Positions 56,021-64,000 of a stretch of DNA of 64,000 nt are shown here, piece after piece (positions within the stretch are counted from its first letter, which is position 1; every line of letters starts with the position of its first letter). Source of the stretch: Dehalococcoidia bacterium (GTDB lineage: Bacteria; Chloroflexota; Dehalococcoidia; Lucifugimonadales; UBA3495); the NCBI GenBank assembly GCA_034423195.1, contig DAOUIZ010000037.1, positions 9,218 through 73,217 of the forward strand, in the 5' to 3' direction. The notes below the pieces were generated by a model. That model searched no databases, was not told the origin of the DNA, and saw nothing but the letters and a program-made list of their open reading frames with translations. The position numbers and the translations under genes were made by a program.

Positions 56021-57155
56021 TCCCCCCGGTCGCCCCGATCAGCCGGATGGTCCGCTCCGCCGCCCCCTGGAGCAGCTCCCCGGTGCGGGCCAGGCTGCGG
56101 TCAAAGCTCATCGGACGGTCCGCGATGCACACGATTCCCGCCACCCCATGGTCGTACAGGGCCTCGTGGCCCGGTCCCAGGCTTCCTGCCAGGATCACCG
56201 TGGGAACGCCCCTGGCGCGCGCGCGTTGAGCAACCCCCACCGGGGCCTTGTTGTAGATGGTGGACTCATCGGCCCGCCCTTCGCCGGTAATCACCAGGTC
56301 CGCGCCCTCCAGGTGCCGGTCGAACTCCAGCACTTCGCACACCATTTCGATTCCCGAACGCAGGTCGGCGCCCGCAAAGGCCATCAGCCCCGCGCCCAAA
56401 CCGCCTGCTGCCCCCGAGCCTGGAGTGTCCAGAACGTCGACTCCAACGTCCCGTCCCACGACCCGGGCGAAGTTGCCCAAAGCCTCGTCCAGCTCGGCAA
56501 CAACCTTCGCCGAAGCGCCCTTCTGCGGCCCGTAGATGGCCGACGCCCCTTCCGGGCCGCACAGGGGATTGGTGACATCGGTGGCCCCGATGATTACCGC
56601 CTCTCCCAACCCCTGGTGCAGGCCGCTAACGTCGATGCGGTCCAGGCGGGACAGTGCCGCCCCTCCCGGCGGAAGCTGCTGCCCCCTCCGGTCCAGGAAC
56701 TTCGCTCCGAGAGCGGATGCCATGCCCGCCCCGCCGTCGTTGGTTGCGCTGCCGCCCAGGCCGACGATAATGCGGGTAAACCCCTTGTCCAGCGCCTCCC
56801 TGATGATCTCCCCGGTGCCCCGGGTGGTGGCGGTCCGGGGGTTGCGGCGCTTCGGCGGCACCAGGGCCAGCCCGGACGGACGGGCCATTTCCACGACGGC
56901 GGTTTGCCCGTCTCCCATCACTCCCCAGAGGGCCTCCACCGCCTGGCCCAGCGGGCCGGTAACGATGCTGCGGAATATCTGCCCGCCCGTCGCGTTCACC
57001 AGGGCTTCCAGCGTGCCGTCGCCGCCGTCCGCCACCGGGACCAGGACGGTCTCCGCCGTCGGGTCCGCCTCCAGAACGCCGCGCTGAATGGCTTCCGCGG
57101 CGTCCAGCGCATAGAGGCTGCCTTTGAAACTTTGGGGAGCGATGACAACTTTCAT
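56013..57155 (-). CDS. Glycerate kinase (GlxK/GarK type)
   Basis: VIAPQSFKGSL, VADGGDGT, GLGGSATNDGG, GAAGGLG and ITGEG motifs. Confidence 0.95.
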   Translation of the reverse strand: MKVVIAPQSFKGSLYALDAAEAIQRGVLEADPTAETVLVPVADGGDGTLEALVNATGGQIFRSIVTGPLGQAVEALWGVMGDGQTAVVEMARPSGLALVPPKRRNPRTATTRGTGEIIREALDKGFTRIIVGLGGSATNDGGAGMASALGAKFLDRRGQQLPPGGAALSRLDRIDVSGLHQGLGEAVIIGATDVTNPLCGPEGASAIYGPQKGASAKVVAELDEALGNFARVVGRDVGVDVLDTPGSGAAGGLGAGLMAFAGADLRSGIEMVCEVLEFDRHLEGADLVITGEGRADESTIYNKAPVGVAQRARARGVPTVILAGSLGPGHEALYDHGVAGIVCIADRPMSFDRSLARTGELLQGAAERTIRLIGATGGRA

Positions 57156-57437
57156 AATTGCTGACACCCATTATACAACCCACCCGCGAACCCCCACCGC
57201 CGTCGCACTTGAGGCTGTCGCATAGGAAAAGCACCACCATGCAGGTGCCGCAGCTTGATACCCATATATCCTGTATTCAACTATTGATTATGTAAATTTA
57301 TGGCTGTCTATCCATCACTCTTTCCGGTCGGCGGCTGCCCCGCGGACGCTCTTCTGGGATGTTATTTTGCCAGACCCTCTGATAGAATTCGGCCCAACCC
57401 CGGCAGTCCTTCAAAAGGGTCCCTCAAGGGAGCGTCA

Positions 57438-58769
57438 GTGCCGTCCAAGGAAGAACTCAAACAGCAGGCTTTCCAGGAAATCGACCGCCGCTCGGCGGAA
57501 ATAATCAACCTCGCCCAGACCATTCTCGCCAACCCGGAGCCCGGCTTCCGCGAAGTCAAGACCGCCAAACTCGTCGCGGACAAGTTCGCCGAGCTGGGCA
57601 TTCCCTTCCGGTCCGGCCTGGCCCTCACCGGAGTCCGCGGCGAACTGACCGGCGGCAGCCCAGGTCCCACCATGGCCATCCTGGGAGAGCTCGACTCCCT
57701 CATAGTCGAAGAACACCCCCATGCAGATGCCGCAACCGGCGCAGCCCACGCCTGCGGCCACCACTGCCAGATTGGAATGCTGGTCGGCGCGGCTCTCGCA
57801 TTGAGGCAGTCCTCTGTGCTGTCGGAGCTGAGCGGAAGGATCGCCCTCGTCGCCGTGCCGGCGGAGGAATACATCGAGATCGAATACCGGGACAGCCTCC
57901 GCCGGGAAGGCAAGCTGGAATTCCTCGGTGGTAAGCCGGAAATGATACGGCTGGGAGAGTTTGACGATGTGGACCTGTCCATGATGGTCCACACCACCAG
58001 CAACGAGCACGAGGGACAGCTCTGCATCAGCGGGACCAACAACGGAACGTTGGCGAAGCAGATCCAGTTCTCAGGGAAGGGCTCCCACGCCGGCGGCGCG
58101 CCCCACCTCGGGATCAACGCCCTCAACGCGGCGACCCTCGCCTTGAGCGCCATCCACTACAATCGCGAGACCTTCCGGGATGACGACACTGTCCGGGTCC
58201 ATCCTATCATTACCCGCGGCGGTGAAGCGGTCAGCGCCGTTCCCGCCGACGTCCGGATGGAAACCTTCGTCCGCGGCAAGACCGTGGACGCCATCATGGA
58301 CGCCAACACCAAGGTGGACCGGGCTCTGCGGGCCGGAGCGATGGCCGTTGGAGCCAGGGTAAACATCCAGACCCACCCCGGGTACCTGCCCCTGGCCCAG
58401 AACCAAGCCATGAACGAGGTGTTCCGCTCCAACGCCAACTCCCTGGTTGGAGGGGAAAACGTGGGCCGGGTTGCCCACCGCACCGGCTCCACCGATATGG
58501 GCGACATCAGCCAGATTATGCCCGCGATTCACCCTTACGTAGGAGGCGCCACCGGGCTGGGACACGGCGCAAACTACGTCGTCCGGGACTACAACCTGGC
58601 CGTTCTCACCGCGGCCAAGTCCATCGCCGCCACCGTCGTTGACCTGCTGGCCGACGGTGCCGAAGCCGGCGGTAAGATTATTGCCGGCCACCGCCCGGCA
58701 ATGTCCCGCAACGAATACCTCCGATTCATGCGGGGCTTGGAGAAGGAAGAGACCTTTGACGCAGAGTAA
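57438..58769 (+). CDS. M20 amidohydrolase (tandem paralog 1)
   Basis: PEPGFRE, GELDSL, HACGHHCQ, PAEE, HAGGAPH.GINAL and GSTDMGD motifs. Confidence 0.9.
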   Translation: MPSKEELKQQAFQEIDRRSAEIINLAQTILANPEPGFREVKTAKLVADKFAELGIPFRSGLALTGVRGELTGGSPGPTMAILGELDSLIVEEHPHADAATGAAHACGHHCQIGMLVGAALALRQSSVLSELSGRIALVAVPAEEYIEIEYRDSLRREGKLEFLGGKPEMIRLGEFDDVDLSMMVHTTSNEHEGQLCISGTNNGTLAKQIQFSGKGSHAGGAPHLGINALNAATLALSAIHYNRETFRDDDTVRVHPIITRGGEAVSAVPADVRMETFVRGKTVDAIMDANTKVDRALRAGAMAVGARVNIQTHPGYLPLAQNQAMNEVFRSNANSLVGGENVGRVAHRTGSTDMGDISQIMPAIHPYVGGATGLGHGANYVVRDYNLAVLTAAKSIAATVVDLLADGAEAGGKIIAGHRPAMSRNEYLRFMRGLEKEETFDAE

Positions 58770-60117
58770 CACGTTGACCAGGCAGGAACTCAAGCAGCGG
58801 GCCTGCGCCGCCATCGACCGCCGGAAAGCCGACCTGATAGGTGTTTCCCGTGAGATTCTCGCCAACCCGGAACCCGGGTTTCGCGAGGTCAAGACCGCGG
58901 CGCTGGTCGGCCGGAAATTCCGTGAGATGGGAATTGCCCACCGGGACGGGCTGGCGTTGACCGGACTCAAGGGGATGGTCCCGGGCGGTTCCGGCGCCGG
59001 CCCCCGGCTGGCGATTATTGGAGAGCTCGACTCCTTGGTGGTCAACGAACACCCCCACGCCGACCCGGAAACCAGCGCGGCCCACGCTTGCGGACACCAT
59101 TGCCAGATCGGGATGATGCTCGGCGCACTGACTGGCCTGATGGAACCGGAAGTCCTGGGGCAGCTTTCCGGCGAGATTGTCCCCTTCGCTGTTCCCGCCG
59201 AGGAGTTCATCCAGGTGGGGCACCGCCTCGAACTCCGCTCACAGGGTAAGATCGAGTTCATGGGCGGAAAGCAGGAATTGATCCGCCTCGGGGAGTTTGA
59301 CGACGTCGACATGGCGATGATGTGCCACACTGCCAGCGACATGGGCGACCGCAAGTTCGCCATCGGGGGCACCAGCAACGGTCACGTCGTCAAGTACGTC
59401 AGGTTCATTGGCCGGGGTTCCCACGCCGGCAGCGCCCCCCACCTGGGGGTCAACGCCCTCAACGCCGCTTCTTTTGCCCTCCAGGCCATCAACTCCAACC
59501 GGGAAGTGTTCAAGGATGAGGACACCGTCCGCATCCACGGGATAATGACCCGCGGCGGCGAGGCCGTCAACGCCGTTCCATCGGATGTAAGGCTGGAGTG
59601 GCGTGTCAGGTCTGGGAGTCCCAAGGCGGTGGTAGCCAACAGCGCGATAGTCGACCGGTGCTTTAAGGCGGGGGCTCTAGCCGTCGGGGCCGGAGTGAAC
59701 ATCACCACTATTCCGGGATATCTGCCCATGCGGCATGACGTAAGCCTCTTGGACCTGTTTGAGCAGAATTCGGGGAGCCTCATCGGGCCGTCCAGCGTTT
59801 TGGTGATGCCGGCCCGCCGCAACCGGGGCGGTTCCACGGATATGGGGGACCTCAGCCAACTGATCCCGTCCTGCCATCCGTACACATCGGGAGCGGAGGG
59901 ACCCGGGCACAGCAAGGACTATGTAATCACCGATTACGAGTCAGCGGTAATCAACCCGGCCAAGATTATGGCTATGGTGGCCATTGACCTTCTTTCGGAC
60001 GGCGCGGCAAAGGCCAATGAAGTCATTTCTCACCACCGGCCCGCGATGAAGAAGCAGGCGTACTTGAAGTTTCAACGGGAACGGGCGACCACCGTGGACT
60101 TCGACGGGGCCGCATAA
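58756..60117 (+). CDS. M20 amidohydrolase (tandem paralog 2)
   Basis: Same motif set. TTG start overlaps paralog 1 stop (alternative TTG at 58774). Confidence 0.88.
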   Translation: MTQSNTLTRQELKQRACAAIDRRKADLIGVSREILANPEPGFREVKTAALVGRKFREMGIAHRDGLALTGLKGMVPGGSGAGPRLAIIGELDSLVVNEHPHADPETSAAHACGHHCQIGMMLGALTGLMEPEVLGQLSGEIVPFAVPAEEFIQVGHRLELRSQGKIEFMGGKQELIRLGEFDDVDMAMMCHTASDMGDRKFAIGGTSNGHVVKYVRFIGRGSHAGSAPHLGVNALNAASFALQAINSNREVFKDEDTVRIHGIMTRGGEAVNAVPSDVRLEWRVRSGSPKAVVANSAIVDRCFKAGALAVGAGVNITTIPGYLPMRHDVSLLDLFEQNSGSLIGPSSVLVMPARRNRGGSTDMGDLSQLIPSCHPYTSGAEGPGHSKDYVITDYESAVINPAKIMAMVAIDLLSDGAAKANEVISHHRPAMKKQAYLKFQRERATTVDFDGAA

Positions 60118-60184
60118 GAAACTCCCCGCGCAAACCTTCCGTCGATAAAGGCCGGGCTATCCCGGCCCGTGCCAACTCACCGGA

Positions 60185-60817
60185 TCAAGCCACCCACACC
60201 GGGAACTGCATCACCACTCCGCCCGCTAACGGGACGGTCAGGTTGTCGTCCAGGGGCAAAAGCGCGGATTCCACGATGCCGGCTGTCACCGCTCCGGCCA
60301 CCCAGCGCCAGTGCCACTCGATCACTCCCGTTCCTGCCAGGACCGCGGCCGCTGCCAGGGAGACAAGGATGAACGCAGCTGGCCCCAAGATCGATTTTCC
60401 CATGTAGCGCGGTATCGGCCCCCGGAAGCCAACCAGCGCCGCTGCCGGGTCGCCCAGGGCCAGGAAAAACAGGGCCGTCACGGCCACCGGGCGGTCGAAG
60501 GCGGCGAAAGCCACCAGGCCTGCGGCGAGCATGAAGGTGGCCCCGGTGAGCTTGGACCCTTCCTCCGGCTTGAGCAGCGGTGCCAGCCGGCGCAGGAAGA
60601 TCCGGTTCAGCGACGGCGCCCGGAACCGCGCCAGATCCAGGGACAAACTCAGGAATGTCAGGACCGCGAAACCCGCCACCATGAAGGTAACCGGCAGGAA
60701 TATGCCGGCCGTAGCCAGAAGAGATCCCGCACAGGCATGGAACAGCCTGCGCCAGATGGGAGGAGCGCCCTCAACCGGGGGACCGCAACGGGTTTGGGAA
60801 TCGGCAGGGGTCGTCAT
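60185..60817 (-). CDS. Phytol/dolichol/diacylglycerol kinase-like (SEC59/DGK1/VTE5) membrane protein
   Basis: RRLFH, GD.AAALVG, KS..G and DDNL.VP motifs. Confidence 0.78.
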   Translation of the reverse strand: MTTPADSQTRCGPPVEGAPPIWRRLFHACAGSLLATAGIFLPVTFMVAGFAVLTFLSLSLDLARFRAPSLNRIFLRRLAPLLKPEEGSKLTGATFMLAAGLVAFAAFDRPVAVTALFFLALGDPAAALVGFRGPIPRYMGKSILGPAAFILVSLAAAAVLAGTGVIEWHWRWVAGAVTAGIVESALLPLDDNLTVPLAGGVVMQFPVWVA

Positions 60818-60830
60818 GGGTTCCCCTGGC

Positions 60831-61397
60831 CTAGAAGTCGATGGAAAGGGAGTCTCCGGCCCTCCACCGGAACTCTTTGAACTCGGTGTCCTTGGGCGCC
60901 TCAAAGACCAGCACGCCATCTATTCCCATGTCCTGGGCAAGGTTGAACGCCTGGAGTGAACCGTCGTCGAGGGTCGCGTTCCACAGGAACACTATCTGAC
61001 GCTCGTCCCCGGGGTTCTCCGGGACCGACGCTTCCTCAACGCGGGCGTTGATGTCGATCGGGAAGTACTTGCCCCGGAAAAAATCCCTCAATTCGGCAGC
61101 TTTGGAGTCTATGTTGACGATGGCGCTGGTGGCGGTGTGGTTCTCGACCTTGACCCTCAGGAGGACCAGCTCATTCTCCTGTTCCAGGGGGCCCAGGCGC
61201 CAATGTTTCCCGGAATCGTCTCTCGGCCACTTGTACCGGATCTCGTCGGCCCGTTCCAGGGACACCACGCTGACGTCCAGGGTCTTCCCTCGGTAATACT
61301 TCCCGAAGGACGGCGAAGTTTCAGAGCACGCCGCAAGGAGAGGCAAGCCCAGAGCCGCTACGATGATCAATCCGAACACAAACCTCTTGCACAACAA
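60831..61397 (-). CDS. Lipoprotein, DUF4352-like beta-sandwich
   Basis: Lipobox LAAC. LVLLRVKVEN and G.LVFEAP pattern. Confidence 0.6.
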   Translation of the reverse strand: MLCKRFVFGLIIVAALGLPLLAACSETSPSFGKYYRGKTLDVSVVSLERADEIRYKWPRDDSGKHWRLGPLEQENELVLLRVKVENHTATSAIVNIDSKAAELRDFFRGKYFPIDINARVEEASVPENPGDERQIVFLWNATLDDGSLQAFNLAQDMGIDGVLVFEAPKDTEFKEFRWRAGDSLSIDF

Positions 61398-61469
61398 CCC
61401 CTGAAACCCCCTAAGCTAACGTAAGAAATACTTCAGTGACTGCGGCCTGGTAGCCGGTTTCCTGCGGGG

Positions 61470-62660
61470 TCAACCCGTCTGGGAAAGGGTGGGCATCGCC
61501 CGTAGCTGATGAAGAAGGCCCGACAAGACGTTCAGGACGTAGTCGACTTCCTCCTGGGTATTGTTTTTCCCCAATGTAATCCGCAGGCTGCCCCGGGCGG
61601 TCTCGGCGGTCTGGCCCAGGGCCAGCAGGACATGGGAGGGCTCCAGCGAACCGGAACTGCACGCGCTCCCTGACGAAGCGGCGATCCCTGCCAGATCCAG
61701 GCCCAGCAGGAGCGACTCCCCCTCCACGCCTGCGAAAGAAAAGTTGACGTTGTTGGGCAGGCGATTGGACGGATGGCCGTTGAGGATGGCGCCGCCAATT
61801 TCCGCTGCGACTCTGTCTATAATCCGGTCCCGCAGGGCGGCACAGTGAGCGCCCGTCTCGATGCGAGTGGCGTTGGCGGTTTCGAGGGCGACCGACAGTC
61901 CCACGATAGCGGCGATATTTTCGGTGCCGGACCGGCGTTCCCGTTCCTGGCCTCCCCCTAGCAGAAGGGGGAGGTACGGGGTGCCCCGTCGTATGAACAA
62001 CACCCCCGCTCCCTTGGGGCCGTAGAATTTATGCCCGGACAGACTGAGCATATCCACGTTCAGTGTACGAACGTTCGTATCTAGGAACCCCGCCGCCTGC
62101 ACCGCATCCGTGTGCATGACGATGGTGCGTCCCAGCTCGCTGGCCCGGCGCCGGACTATTGCTCCGATATCCGCTATCGGGTTGATGGTGCCGATCTCGT
62201 TATTGGCGTACATTACCGACACCACGGTCGTCCGGTCGGTTATTGCGTTGTATACTGCTTCGGGGCTGACCGCGCCGTAGTCGTCCACCGGCAGGTAGGT
62301 AACTTCGAACCCCATGCTTTCGAGATACTGGCACGTATGCAGGACCGCATGGTGTTCAACGCTTGTGGTGATGATGTGGTTCCCGGTGCCCTGCAGCGCG
62401 ACGGCAGCCCCGTGGATGGCGGCGTTATCCGCCTCCGTTCCCCCACTGGTGAACACGACTTCGTTGTTGCGGCAGTTGAGGACGGCCGCGACTCTTTCCC
62501 TGGCGGTATCCAGGGCGTGACGGGCTTCCTGTCCGACGTTATGTATGCTGGACGGATTCCCGTAGAAATGGGTGAAGAAGGGCAGCATCGCCTCCAGAAC
62601 TTCCGGGTCTGTGGCGGTGGTGCCGGCGTGGTCGAGATAAATTGTTGCTGGCAGCTCCAT
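61470..62660 (-). CDS. iscS: Cysteine desulfurase (IscS/NifS type)
   Basis: [39 protein letters not shown] and SSGSACSS motifs. Confidence 0.93.
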   Translation of the reverse strand: MELPATIYLDHAGTTATDPEVLEAMLPFFTHFYGNPSSIHNVGQEARHALDTARERVAAVLNCRNNEVVFTSGGTEADNAAIHGAAVALQGTGNHIITTSVEHHAVLHTCQYLESMGFEVTYLPVDDYGAVSPEAVYNAITDRTTVVSVMYANNEIGTINPIADIGAIVRRRASELGRTIVMHTDAVQAAGFLDTNVRTLNVDMLSLSGHKFYGPKGAGVLFIRRGTPYLPLLLGGGQERERRSGTENIAAIVGLSVALETANATRIETGAHCAALRDRIIDRVAAEIGGAILNGHPSNRLPNNVNFSFAGVEGESLLLGLDLAGIAASSGSACSSGSLEPSHVLLALGQTAETARGSLRITLGKNNTQEEVDYVLNVLSGLLHQLRAMPTLSQTG

Positions 62661-62878
62661 GGACAGCTCCCTTCGCTCCAACAATTTTAGCATAGGAGCA
62701 GGTTGGGAACGCGGATGGAGGAACCCCTGTTGCCGGATTCCTCAGTCGGCGCCTCCGCCGGGCACAGCGCTCTGGTGAGTCGAGAAAACCTGATGGTTGG
62801 TGCTGATCTATGGTGCTTCCAACCCCCGCTGGCAACCTTTGACTTGTGACAGGACTTCGCTGGTTCGTCCCTCCTGGA

Positions 62879-63790
62879 CTAGCGGGGCCGCGCCTCTTGC
62901 CGGCAGCTCAGGGCAATCAGTTTGTACGTCAGCTTGGCGGCTATGTACGCACAGGAAGCCGGACCATCGTTGGGAGCCAGCTCGCTGATATCAAAGCCGA
63001 CAATCCTGCGGGCTTCGGCAACAGCTTGAAGGAGGGACATCGCGTCGGCCCATGTCATGCCCCCCGGCTCGGGGGTTCCAACAGCGGGCATGAGAGACGG
63101 ATCGAAGACATCAAGGTCCACGCTGACATAGACATCTGGGCCCAGCCGGTTGATCACCTCCCGAATATACCCGCCGTCGTGCTGCGGCCACGGAAAAAAC
63201 GGTATGGAATGTTCCTGAAGGCACTCCCGTTCTTCGAAGCACATGCTTCGCAGCCCCACCATCACCAGGGAGCATGAATCCTGGAGACGGCGGGCAGAGG
63301 AAGCATGACCCCATTGGGTGCCCTGGTATTCGTCCCGAAGATCGGGGTGAGCATCGAGGTACAGCACGGACAACTCAGGGGTGGACTCGGCATGGGCCCG
63401 GGCTGAACCAATGGTCACGGAGTGGTCCCCGCCGAGGACTCCGGTTACCTTTCCCGCAGCGGCAAATCCACGTACTGCTTGTCTGACCCTCTGCGCCATG
63501 ACAGCCGGGTTGCCGACGTGGGGCTCAAGAAAGGGAGTTGTGTGGATACCCAACTCCGCCACATCTAAATCCAGCTCCCAATCGTAATCCTCCAGGGCCG
63601 CCGAGGCCTGGATGATAGCCTGCGGACCGTATCGCGCTCCGGTGCGAAACGAAGTGGTGCTGTCAATGGGAACAGGAATCAGCACGGCCCGCGCCGTGTC
63701 CAGTCCACTCTGTTCCTCCGGCAGAGCAAGAAAGTTGCCGGGCACCCATAGCGGCGGGTTCCCCGGGGCGGCTGCCGGAGTGTCAGCCAC
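62879..63790 (-). CDS. speB: Agmatinase
   Basis: GGDHS, LDAHPDLR, SVDLDVFDP...PAVGTPEPGG motifs. Confidence 0.92.
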   Translation of the reverse strand: MADTPAAAPGNPPLWVPGNFLALPEEQSGLDTARAVLIPVPIDSTTSFRTGARYGPQAIIQASAALEDYDWELDLDVAELGIHTTPFLEPHVGNPAVMAQRVRQAVRGFAAAGKVTGVLGGDHSVTIGSARAHAESTPELSVLYLDAHPDLRDEYQGTQWGHASSARRLQDSCSLVMVGLRSMCFEERECLQEHSIPFFPWPQHDGGYIREVINRLGPDVYVSVDLDVFDPSLMPAVGTPEPGGMTWADAMSLLQAVAEARRIVGFDISELAPNDGPASCAYIAAKLTYKLIALSCRQEARPR

Positions 63791-63998
63791 CCTGCAACGC
63801 GGAATGGCCGGTTTCGAGAAGGGACCTCTGATTCTGGGTCTCCGTCAATCCCTGGCGGGAGTCAAGCCACTCCAGCCCGCGGTCCAAGACCCAAGTTTTG
63901 ACTTCGGCCAGATCAAACAAACGCTTGGCGTCTTCCAATGCCGCCCGATCATCGAAGGACTTGCAGGAGAATATGTCGATGTTGACATATTGGCGCTT
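63783..63998 (-). CDS. Pyruvoyl-dependent SpeD-fold decarboxylase, C-terminal part (5'-partial)
   Basis: Translated by hand: KRQYVNIDIFSCKSFDDRAALEDAKRLF... DIFSCK.F is typical of the AdoMetDC family. Stop overlaps the agmatinase start. Confidence 0.72.
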   Translation of the reverse strand, partial: KRQYVNIDIFSCKSFDDRAALEDAKRLFDLAEVKTWVLDRGLEWLDSRQGLTETQNQRSLLETGHSALQGG

Positions 63999-64000
63999 GG

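Noticed and set aside
62700-62800. SAM-I riboswitch upstream of cysteine desulfurase (minus strand CCAGAGCG...GAGGAATCCGGCAAC)
   Set aside because: Only fragments match. The P2 kink-turn GAGGGA..GGCCC and the P4/P1 closure are missing.

Overview
High-GC bacterial chromosome segment with about 55 supportable CDS and one tRNA-Sec (selC). The gene mix suggests Chloroflexota, probably SAR202/Dehalococcoidia-like (inference, not searched): four ThDP-dependent ALS-like paralogs, two alpha/beta-hydrolase-domain paralogs, an F420-dependent LLM, MmgE/PrpD, an NHL-repeat protein and three M20 hydrolases. Core content: lpdA plus E2, tatABC, trxA, lutABC, tandem-domain thyX, cysteine desulfurase, agmatinase with a SpeD-fold partner, and an ECF sigma/anti-sigma pair. 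No integrase, transposase, prophage, rRNA or CRISPR array was seen. Most unusual signals: (1) a 1224-aa CHAT-STAND NTPase-TPR protein whose caspase-like His/Cys dyad appears substituted; (2) an MNT-HEPN pair fused onto lutABC whose nucleotidyltransferase has DxD replaced by RxR; (3) a CGTC-tagged REP-like repeat system, co-oriented in all copies seen, with secondary insertions in the hairpin loops, a ~100-bp structured element with compensatory changes, and ~291-bp direct repeats bracketing an SRPBCC gene; (4) a TACATT/GTAAT motif array upstream of a small HTH gene with a near-consensus promoter; (5) an RlmD-Maf fusion; (6) a 49-aa Cys-rich microprotein absent from the ORF track. All assignments come from motif recognition by eye.
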